64,000 nt of DNA from a virus. The stretch spans positions 18,194 to 82,193 of the IMG/VR virus record IMGVR_UViG_3300046512_000168; one strand, written 5' to 3'. The notes beneath the pieces are model-generated. The model had not been told where the DNA came from and did no database searches. It saw only the letters and a program-made list of their open reading frames with translations. Shown here piece by piece: positions 56,757-64,000 of the stretch. The translations under genes and the position numbers were made by a program. Position 1 is the first letter of the stretch. Each line of letters begins with the position of its first letter.

Positions 56757-57466
56757 TGTATATCCAAGCGGACATTCAGCGTGCATCGCAGCGATTGCAA
56801 CCCGGTGCACTGGTGCAGTTGTTTATCGTCGATCTCAATCCGATCGGCGTTAACCAGCAATGGGCGTTCTGCCCGAGCGGCAATTGTACGTTTGGCGGCG
56901 TCGATTTCGTCTACGCCGACGTCGAGGCTGACGGCTTCGAGTGGGCCGGCAAGGGCACGCTGCCGCAACCGACCGTCAAGATCAGCAATGCCACGCGCTT
57001 CGTCTCTGGCATCGCCAAGGAATATGACGACCTGATCGGTGCCAAGTTCACGCGCATCAAGACCTACAGCCAGTTCCTTGACGGCGGCGCAGAAGCGAAC
57101 TCGGCCGCCATGTTCGCCCCCGATATCTACGTCTTCGAGCAGAAGACCAAGCACACCAAATTCCAGGTCGAATGGAAGCTGTCGGCCGCCATGGACCAGC
57201 AGGGCGTCGAGCTGCCGGGCCGTACCGTCATTCGCGACTACTGCCTGTGGCGCTATCGCGTCTGGAAGGGCGATCACTTTGACTATACCGGGGTCCAGTG
57301 CCCCTACACCGGCGCACGTGGCTCCTTCGACGAGAACGGCGCACCCACGACCAGCGACAACGACACGCCGTCGCGTCGCTTCGACACATGCTGCAAGAAG
57401 AGGTTTGGACCCAATGCTAACTATCCCTTCGGTGGTTTCCCCGGCGTCTCTCGCGTGCGCGCATGA
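56756..57466 (+). CDS. minor tail protein L
   Basis: VEADGFEW...PQPTVKISN...LPGR...CLWRYR...CPYTG...PFGGFPG. Confidence 0.9.
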   Translation: MYIQADIQRASQRLQPGALVQLFIVDLNPIGVNQQWAFCPSGNCTFGGVDFVYADVEADGFEWAGKGTLPQPTVKISNATRFVSGIAKEYDDLIGAKFTRIKTYSQFLDGGAEANSAAMFAPDIYVFEQKTKHTKFQVEWKLSAAMDQQGVELPGRTVIRDYCLWRYRVWKGDHFDYTGVQCPYTGARGSFDENGAPTTSDNDTPSRRFDTCCKKRFGPNANYPFGGFPGVSRVRA

Positions 57467-58250
57467 CGTCGGCCTGAATTCCAGCCACCCGAAAGCACTG
57501 GCCGCCTGGCGCCTCCACGCACTTGAGAAGGTGCCAAACGAGGCATGCGGCCTCTTTCTGCGCGGTGACCGCTTCCTGCCGGTGGAGAACATCTCCGAGA
57601 CGCCGGACAGGCATTTTGCGTTCAGCTCGCACATTTACGAGGACATAGCCGACGAGATCGAAGGCATCGTGCACAGCCATACGCCTGGTCCTGAACTCGA
57701 TCAGCGCGGCGAGCCCCTGATGGCAGATAACGCACCGTCGAAGCTGGACATGGAAAGCCAGATCGCCAGCGATGTACCGTGGGGCATCTCGATTGCCGAC
57801 GCTACCCATACCTCGGACCCGATCTGGTGGGGAGACAGCCTGCCTATACGCCCGCTGCTCGGCCGCGTCTTCCTGCATGGTGTCAACGACTGCTACAGCC
57901 TGGTGCGCGACTGGCACCGTCTGCAGGGCATCCATTTCGACGACGTGCCGCGCGATAGCGAATGGTGGAAGAATGTCAGCGACGCAGGTGTTGCAGAATT
58001 CGACCTCTATATCGACCTGTTCGAAAGCCGTGGCTTCAAGCGCGTGCAACGGGATGCACCGAAAAAGGGCGACTGCTTTATCACTCGCCTGCACTCCCCG
58101 CTCGTGCGTAACCATGCCGGCGTCTTCATTGACGATCAGCAATTCATTCACCACGCGGGCGGGCAGCTCTCGCTTCGCCAGTTCGGGCATGTGTGGGGGC
58201 CGAAGCTCGACTTCATCGTCCGACACAAAGACCTGCCGGAGACCCTGTAA
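57414..58250 (+). CDS. tail tip assembly protein K (JAB + NlpC/P60)
   Basis: PNEACG, VHSH, PSKLD, DCYSLVRDW, NHAGV; start uncertain. Confidence 0.85.
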   Translation: MLTIPSVVSPASLACAHDVGLNSSHPKALAAWRLHALEKVPNEACGLFLRGDRFLPVENISETPDRHFAFSSHIYEDIADEIEGIVHSHTPGPELDQRGEPLMADNAPSKLDMESQIASDVPWGISIADATHTSDPIWWGDSLPIRPLLGRVFLHGVNDCYSLVRDWHRLQGIHFDDVPRDSEWWKNVSDAGVAEFDLYIDLFESRGFKRVQRDAPKKGDCFITRLHSPLVRNHAGVFIDDQQFIHHAGGQLSLRQFGHVWGPKLDFIVRHKDLPETL

Positions 58251-58876
58251 TGGCTTACCGCACCATCCACTTCTACGGACTGGCCAAGAAGCGCTACGGC
58301 GCGTCGGTCGACCTCGACGTGTCGTCGATCGCCGAAGCCGTGCGTGCCCTGTCACTGCAGCTCCCAGACTTCCGTGAGTTTATCGAGAAGCACAATTTCC
58401 AGATCGTATGGGGCCGCAGCCGCAAGACCGGCGTGCAGCTCGGCGAAGACGAAGTGAAGATGCTGCTCAATGGCGGCGACATCCATATTGTGCCTGTCAT
58501 TCAGGGCCACAAGAAGGGTGGCCTGTTCAAGATCATCGCAGGCGTCTTCCTGCTGGCGGCAGCCTTCTTCGTGCCGCTGGCCTCCGCCACGCTGACCCTG
58601 TCCTCCTCGATCGGTATCGGCGGCCTCACCTACGGCAACCTGGCTGTCCTTGGCCTCGGCCTCGTCGCGGCCGGCGTTTCCCAGATGCTGACTAAGAAGC
58701 CAAAGACCGACGAGAAGAAAGACGACAGCTTCATGCTCGACGGCCAGTTGAATGTCACCGAGCAGGGCGGCCCGGTTCCCGTCATCTATGGACGCACACT
58801 TGTAGGCTCCGTTCTAATCTCTGCCGGCATGTCGACCGTCGACATCGCCGTGCCCAGCCATTCAAGCGGGAAATAA
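58250..58876 (+). CDS. tail assembly protein I
   Basis: AEAVRAL...IHIVPVIQG...QGGPVPVIYGRTLVGSVLISAG. Confidence 0.9.
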   Translation: MAYRTIHFYGLAKKRYGASVDLDVSSIAEAVRALSLQLPDFREFIEKHNFQIVWGRSRKTGVQLGEDEVKMLLNGGDIHIVPVIQGHKKGGLFKIIAGVFLLAAAFFVPLASATLTLSSSIGIGGLTYGNLAVLGLGLVAAGVSQMLTKKPKTDEKKDDSFMLDGQLNVTEQGGPVPVIYGRTLVGSVLISAGMSTVDIAVPSHSSGK

Positions 58877-58878
58877 CC

Positions 58879-61800
58879 ATGGGACTGAACCGAAAAATCG
58901 CGACGATTTCCGGCAGCAAGGGCGGTGGCAAAGGCTCCGGCTCTGGCGGCAAGGAAAGCCCGAACACGCTGCGCTCCAAGGCGACGGCGCGCATTCTCGA
59001 TCTGCTCGGCGAAGGCGAGATCAAGGGCCTGGTCAACGGCGCACGCTCGATCTTCCTCGACGAGACACCGCTGATGGCGGCCGACGGCACGTATAACTTC
59101 CAGGGCGTGGCGTGGGATATTCGCGTCGGTCTGCCGGATCAGCCCATCATGAACGGCGCGGCAGGAGTCGAGGCGATCACCAACGTCGGCGCCCAGGTCA
59201 AATACGGCATTCCGATCATCCGCGCACTCACCGATCCGGACTACGATAGCTGCAAGGTGACGATCCGCATCCCTGCCCTGTCGATCGCCGACGACAACGG
59301 CAATATCAAGCCGACGTCCGTCTCATTCCAGATCGATGTCCGATACCAGGGTGGGCCGTGGAGCACGTCGACCGGCGCAGTCACGTTGACCGGCAAGTGC
59401 ACCTCGCCATACGACAAGGAATTCTACTTCGCGCTACCGAAGAACCCGTCTGGCGCCAGCGCGCCGTGGGAAATCCGCGTCTCCCGTCTGAGCGCCGACA
59501 CCGAAGACGTCAAGGTTCAGACGGACACCTATTTCTCGTCCTTCGAGGGCATCATCGAAGCCAAGTTCACTTACCCGAACTCGGCCTATATCGGCATGAT
59601 CATCGACGGCGAGCAGTTCAACTCGCAAATCCCCGAGCGCAAGTACCTGGTCGATGGTCGCCTGATCAAGGTCCCGTCGAACTACACCACGCGTCTCTAC
59701 GACGTGAACGGCAACATCACCCGCAACGCCTCCTATTCTGGCGTCTGGAATGGCACGTTCCAGCTCCTCTGGTCCAACAACCCCGCCTGGGTCTTCTACG
59801 ACATGGTCATCAACGATCGGTTCGGCCTCGGCAACTACATCGACGTTTCGCAGGTCGACAAGTGGGGCCTGTATGAGATCGCGAAATACTGTGACGAGCT
59901 CGTGCCAAACGGTCTCGGCGGCACGGAACCGCGCATGACCTTCAACGGCGTTATCGCCGACAAGCGCGAGGCCTATGACGTGCTGTCGACCATGGCGGCC
60001 TGCTTCCGTGGCATGGCCTATTGGTCGTCCGGGTCGATCGTCTCTGTCCAGGACCGGCCGAAGGACCCTGTCGTGCTCGTCACGCCGTCCAACGTTATCG
60101 ACGGCAGCTTCGAGCGTCAGTCGTCGGCGCTGAAGGCCCGCCATACCGTGGCGATGGCGAAGTTCCAGAACCCGAGCGATTTCTACTCGACCGACTACGC
60201 CGTCTATCAGGACCCCGAAGGCATCCTGAAATATGGCTACCGCGACACCAAGATCGACACAGTTGGATGCACGTCGCGCGGCCAGGCTTGGCGTATGGCG
60301 AAGTGGACTGTGCTGACCGAGCTTTACGAGAAGGCAACGCTGACCTATCAGGCCGGCTTCGATCACTCCGGCGTTCGACCGGGCGACATCGTCGCCGTGC
60401 AGGACCCGTCGCAGGCTGGCATCGAATACGGTGGTCGACTTGCAACGGGTTGCACCACGACGAGCCTCGTTCTCGACATGCCCGTGACCTTCGAGATCGG
60501 GCACGCATACGCTATCAGCGTCGCCCTCCCGGATGGCTCCGTCGCCGAGACCGATATCGTCATCACCGATTACGATACACCGCTCAATACCGTCACCGTG
60601 TCGCCCGCGCTAAGTGCGGCTCCGGATGCCGAGAGCCAGTGGGTGATTACCCGCGACGATCTTGTCCCCGAGCTGTTCCGCGTCATCACGATCAAAGAAA
60701 GCTCGCCGAACGTCTACGACGTCATGGGCCTGCAGTACGAGCCTGCGAAGTTCGCGGCCGTCGACAAAGACGCCCAATTCACGCTGCTCAACGTATCCGA
60801 TCTCCCGTCTGGCGATATCGCGAAGCCGACCACGCCGCAGTTCAACGAATACGCCTACGCGCTCGGCCAGGTCGGCACGATCATGGCGGTCGACTATTCG
60901 ATTGCCGCGCCGAAGGACCCGCGCATCACCCAGTTCCAGTGGGAGTACCAGACAAACACCAACGGCGTGCTGAGCGCATGGCAGCGTATCGATCAGACCT
61001 ACGACCCGATCGTCACCCTCACCAATACGCAGGCCGGCCGCTATAATTTCAGGGTGCGCGCCGTCTCGGCATTGGGCGGCACGTCGGACTGGCAGGTAAG
61101 CACCAATATTCAGTTGCTAGGCCTCATGCTGCCCCCTGCCGACATCGATCAGTTCCGCATCTCAGTTCTGGGCGATCAGTCGCAGTTCACCTGGCATGTG
61201 CCGAACATCCTGAACATCCAGCACTACGAGATCAGGCATACGCCGGCCCTAACAGGGGCTGTGTGGGAAAGTGCGGTGGTCATTGTCGAAAACGCGCAGG
61301 GCTCTTCGATACAGTTGCCGACCATCCCCGGCACATACATGATCAAGGCGGTTTCCTTTGCCGGAGCCTACAGCCCCAATGCAGCCTTGTTGACGACGGT
61401 GGTCACCGGCGCGCAGCTCAATGCCGTCGAGAAGGTCACGGCCCAGCCGACCTTCCCTGGCACGCGGACGGGCTGCTCTGTCAACGGTATCGACCTGACG
61501 CTGACAGAAAGTGGAGGCCTTTACCCACCCGTCGGCACATACGAATTCGGTCTCACCGATCTGAGCGAAATCTACACATCTAGGATAACGGCGACGATTA
61601 ACGTCTTCGCCGTCGACAACCGCGCCAACCTCGACACCTGGGATAGTCTTGCCACGGTCGAGAGCCTTTCGAATGTCGCTTCCGACCTCTGGGATTTGAG
61701 TATCGAGTACCAGATCACCGATGACGACCCGGCAGGTTCGCCAACCTGGTCCGCGTGGACAGAATTCGTCACCGGGGACCTGCGTTTCAGGGCAATTCGC

Positions 61801-62121
61801 TTCAGGGCAACGCTCTACTCGTTGGAGCCGCACGTCTCGCCCGCAGTGCGCACGCTTGAGATCAGCATCGATATGCCTGACCGCATCATCGCAGATAACG
61901 ACGTGGTTGTTCCGACAGCCGGTCTCAGGATCAATTTCGACCCGCCGTTCAAGGGCCTCACCGGTCTGGCGATCGCCGACCAGGACATGGCGACGGGCGA
62001 CCGCAAGCTGATCACCGCCAAGAGCGAGACGGGCTTCAACATTCGCTACTTCAACAGTGCCGGGACCGCGATCTCGCGCACCTTCGATTACAACGCCGTC
62101 GGCTATGGAGTGAAACAATGA
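58879..62121 (+). CDS. central tail fibre / host specificity protein J
   Basis: DLLGEGEIKG...IKVPSNY...WSNNPAW...YCDELVP...GCTSRGQA; FN3-like domains. Confidence 0.92.
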   Translation: MGLNRKIATISGSKGGGKGSGSGGKESPNTLRSKATARILDLLGEGEIKGLVNGARSIFLDETPLMAADGTYNFQGVAWDIRVGLPDQPIMNGAAGVEAITNVGAQVKYGIPIIRALTDPDYDSCKVTIRIPALSIADDNGNIKPTSVSFQIDVRYQGGPWSTSTGAVTLTGKCTSPYDKEFYFALPKNPSGASAPWEIRVSRLSADTEDVKVQTDTYFSSFEGIIEAKFTYPNSAYIGMIIDGEQFNSQIPERKYLVDGRLIKVPSNYTTRLYDVNGNITRNASYSGVWNGTFQLLWSNNPAWVFYDMVINDRFGLGNYIDVSQVDKWGLYEIAKYCDELVPNGLGGTEPRMTFNGVIADKREAYDVLSTMAACFRGMAYWSSGSIVSVQDRPKDPVVLVTPSNVIDGSFERQSSALKARHTVAMAKFQNPSDFYSTDYAVYQDPEGILKYGYRDTKIDTVGCTSRGQAWRMAKWTVLTELYEKATLTYQAGFDHSGVRPGDIVAVQDPSQAGIEYGGRLATGCTTTSLVLDMPVTFEIGHAYAISVALPDGSVAETDIVITDYDTPLNTVTVSPALSAAPDAESQWVITRDDLVPELFRVITIKESSPNVYDVMGLQYEPAKFAAVDKDAQFTLLNVSDLPSGDIAKPTTPQFNEYAYALGQVGTIMAVDYSIAAPKDPRITQFQWEYQTNTNGVLSAWQRIDQTYDPIVTLTNTQAGRYNFRVRAVSALGGTSDWQVSTNIQLLGLMLPPADIDQFRISVLGDQSQFTWHVPNILNIQHYEIRHTPALTGAVWESAVVIVENAQGSSIQLPTIPGTYMIKAVSFAGAYSPNAALLTTVVTGAQLNAVEKVTAQPTFPGTRTGCSVNGIDLTLTESGGLYPPVGTYEFGLTDLSEIYTSRITATINVFAVDNRANLDTWDSLATVESLSNVASDLWDLSIEYQITDDDPAGSPTWSAWTEFVTGDLRFRAIRFRATLYSLEPHVSPAVRTLEISIDMPDRIIADNDVVVPTAGLRINFDPPFKGLTGLAIADQDMATGDRKLITAKSETGFNIRYFNSAGTAISRTFDYNAVGYGVKQ

Positions 62122-63191
62122 GCCAGTATGATTATGGCACTATCGACGTCATCGAGACGAACGGCACTGAGCTTGCCACCATGCTGCAGCAGTTCCGCGA
62201 TGCCGTCGAAAGCAGGCACTCCGGTTCCTCTCGCCCACCCTACGCACAGGCCGGGATGAAGTGGCTGGACACGTCCGGCGCGACATGGCTTGAGAAGTTC
62301 TTCGACGGCGCAGACGACATTCTGCTGGGCACGTTCGACCCGACAACCAACATCTATTACCCGAACCTACATTACTGGACGGCAGAAATCACCATCGCGT
62401 CCGCGACGACGACTGATGTCCTTGGCCTGGACAGCAACCGCGCCATCGTCACTGGCACCAATACAATTTCGTCGTTCGGGACGCGAAAGAACACGCTGAA
62501 ATTCGTGCGCTTCACGGGAGCGCTGACGATCAGCAACGGCAGCAGTATCGTCACGCCGGACGGCAGCGACATCAGCGTAACGGCCGGGCAGACGCTGATC
62601 GTCGTATCCGATAGTGCCGGCGTCGCCCGCATCTGGTCTGCCCCCTCTTCCGGCGTGCCGGTCGGCCAAGTGGTGCAGTTCGCCATGAACACTGCACCAC
62701 AGGGCTACCTGAAGTGCAACGGCGCTGCGATCAGCCGCACGGCCTATGCCGGCCTCTTCGCGCAGATCGGCACTCTCTATGGTGCTGGCGACGGGTCGAC
62801 CACGTTCAATGTTCCTGATCTGCGCGGTGAATTCATCCGTGGCTTTGACGATGGCCGTGGCGTGGACGCGGGGCGAACGATCGGTTCTGCCCAGGCCCAG
62901 TCTATTCAGTCGCACGGGCATACGGCCGTAGACCCTGGCCACACCCACAGCGTATCCGATCCAGGTCACGCCCATTCGCTGCAGGGATTTCAGGTGCCTA
63001 CACGTACCTTTGGCGGCGGCGGTCAGCTTGACGTGGGTAACGGCGGTCAAGTAGCCAATATCGCCAGCACCAGCGCGGCGGGAACCGGCATCGCTATCGC
63101 CGCCAGGACTACGGGTATCACCATCGCGGCGGCCGGCGGCGTGGAAACGCGTGGTCGCAACGTCGCCCTGCTCTACTGCATCAAATACTGA
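62118..63191 (+). CDS. tail fibre protein with tail-collar domain
   Basis: PVGQVVQFA...GYLKCNGAAISRTAYAGLF...FNVPDLRGEFIRG; DPGHTH repeats. Confidence 0.88.
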   Translation: MSQYDYGTIDVIETNGTELATMLQQFRDAVESRHSGSSRPPYAQAGMKWLDTSGATWLEKFFDGADDILLGTFDPTTNIYYPNLHYWTAEITIASATTTDVLGLDSNRAIVTGTNTISSFGTRKNTLKFVRFTGALTISNGSSIVTPDGSDISVTAGQTLIVVSDSAGVARIWSAPSSGVPVGQVVQFAMNTAPQGYLKCNGAAISRTAYAGLFAQIGTLYGAGDGSTTFNVPDLRGEFIRGFDDGRGVDAGRTIGSAQAQSIQSHGHTAVDPGHTHSVSDPGHAHSLQGFQVPTRTFGGGGQLDVGNGGQVANIASTSAAGTGIAIAARTTGITIAAAGGVETRGRNVALLYCIKY

Positions 63192-63202
63192 GGAAACCCA
63201 CT

Positions 63203-63814
63203 ATGCGCGTCTACAACTACGACCCGATCACCAAGGAATATCTCGGCTATTCTGAAGCAGACAACGACCCTCTTCAGAACCCTGACCGGGACGAGGAAGG
63301 TGTGTTCCTCATTCCAGCATGGGCGACGACCATCAAGCCACCAGAAGATAAGCCGAACAATATGCGTGTCTTCGTCAATGGCGCATGGGGCTATGTGCAC
63401 GTCGACACACCAGATGCGCCACCCTCAGAAGAGCCGGCGCCGCCGACATCGGCACAGGTGGACGCTGAGCGCGATCGCCGCATCAACAACGGTCTCATCT
63501 TCCAGGGCTTCGTCTATCAGACCGAGCCAGACGCCCGCGAAAACATTGCCGGTGCCTCGCAGGCAGCGTTCGGGGCAATCATGCTGAACGGTGCGCAGGC
63601 AGGAGACTATCGATGGAGCGATCCGAACAAAGACTTCGAGTGGATTTCAACGAACAACACGCGCGTCCCCATGGACGCTCCGACCATGTATGCGTTCGGT
63701 CTTGCTGCCCTGGCGCACAAGTCGGCTCATATCTTCGCGGCCAACGACCTGAAGAAGATGGAACCGATACCTGAAGACTACGCGACCAATGCTGCCTATT
63801 GGCCGGTCGTGTGA
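63203..63814 (+). CDS. tail fibre assembly protein (DUF4376-like C-terminus)
   Basis: VYNYDPITKEYLG...LIPAWAT...VDAERDRRI...WISTNN. Confidence 0.8.
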   Translation: MRVYNYDPITKEYLGYSEADNDPLQNPDRDEEGVFLIPAWATTIKPPEDKPNNMRVFVNGAWGYVHVDTPDAPPSEEPAPPTSAQVDAERDRRINNGLIFQGFVYQTEPDARENIAGASQAAFGAIMLNGAQAGDYRWSDPNKDFEWISTNNTRVPMDAPTMYAFGLAALAHKSAHIFAANDLKKMEPIPEDYATNAAYWPVV

Positions 63815-63829
63815 TGTGTGCAACAGGTT

Positions 63830-63860
63830 GCACCTGGGGCAGAATTTCTTCCCCAGGTGC
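63830..63860. repeat. inverted repeat after the tail fibre chaperone
   Basis: GCACCTGGGG-N11-CCCCAGGTGC, overlapping box A at 63818. Confidence 0.6.
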
Positions 63861-63960
63861 GCTCCTGTAGATTGACATAACGATACCTTTATATGTAGGT
63901 TGCGCGTCAAAGCAGCAGCCTATGGGCGGCAGTGATCCATCTCGGGAAAAGGATCAAATC

Positions 63961-64000
63961 ATGCTCCCCATCAAGCAGTTCCTCGCACGCGATACATTCT
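63961..64000 (+). CDS. partial CDS running off the window
   Basis: AAGGA RBS then MLPIKQFLARDTF... Confidence 0.5.
   Translation, partial: MLPIKQFLARDTF

Larger units (their letters stand above)
4..63833. repeat. Dispersed 16-bp palindrome family, box A: TTGCAAC-N2-GTTGCAA (~40 copies)
   Basis: Read directly at 4, 361, 2367, 3591, 5313, 5708, 7163, 8424, 9559, 10797, 12561, 14234, 16679, 20575, 23454, 26879, 28140, 29296, 31040, 34520, 35940, 38254, 40084, 43891, 45181, 48929, 51419, 60440, 63818; degenerate copies at 13528, 15856, 19375, 27282, 34092, 36223, 37861, 38745, 41982, 43655, 54951, 56795, 58044. Confidence 0.95.

Noticed and set aside
57463-57477. ATGA-coupled start of gpK implying a frameshift
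   Set aside because: It reads only MTSA-stop; an in-frame ATG at 57414 with a GAGG RBS gives an intact gene.
361-60455. Recurrent peptides LQRVA/LQPVA/CNALQ/ATRCN as a protein motif
   Set aside because: They are translations of the box A palindrome in different frames and also occur in intergenic DNA.
4-63833. Box A or promoter repeats as a CRISPR array, REP/MITE or IS ends
   Set aside because: Copies are single, kilobases apart and lack regular spacers; no cas or transposase gene.

Overview
A 64 kb segment of a GC-rich tailed dsDNA phage genome with a lambda-like non-contractile tail (siphovirus morphology). The host is probably an alphaproteobacterium (inferred from a canonical CtrA box and the promoter style). 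Almost all genes are on the + strand. 1-40.1 kb is a dense early/accessory region of small genes driven by 14 near-identical sigma70-like promoters (TTGAC[A/G]AACACT-). It includes a Ser/Thr phosphatase, dUTPase, ThyX, PhoH, RlpA, DUF4031, DUF1643 and several HTH proteins, plus a displaced cassette with a 1034-aa SGNH-esterase virion protein. 40.2-64 kb is the morphogenesis module: portal, head morphogenesis, XkdF-like protease, scaffold, capsid, neck, tail tube, frameshifted tail chaperone, tape measure with a lysozyme-like domain, gpM/L/K/I/J, tail fibre and its chaperone. No terminase, integrase, tRNA or replication gene was recognised. The most notable unexplained signals are: (1) at least 12 otherwise unrelated early proteins end in the same short peptide tag R-[AKRVS]-[ILV]-[DQS]-[LV], encoded by varied codons; (2) a second basic tag [IV]RKR[VT]R shared by four early proteins and the portal N-terminus; (3) about 40 copies of a 16-bp palindrome TTGCAAC-N2-GTTGCAA spread through promoters and coding sequences; (4) a second 14-bp element ending TGTAGG; (5) several early genes that look like stand-alone fragments of host or virion proteins (tail tip J, SufB/D C-terminus, LigA domains).
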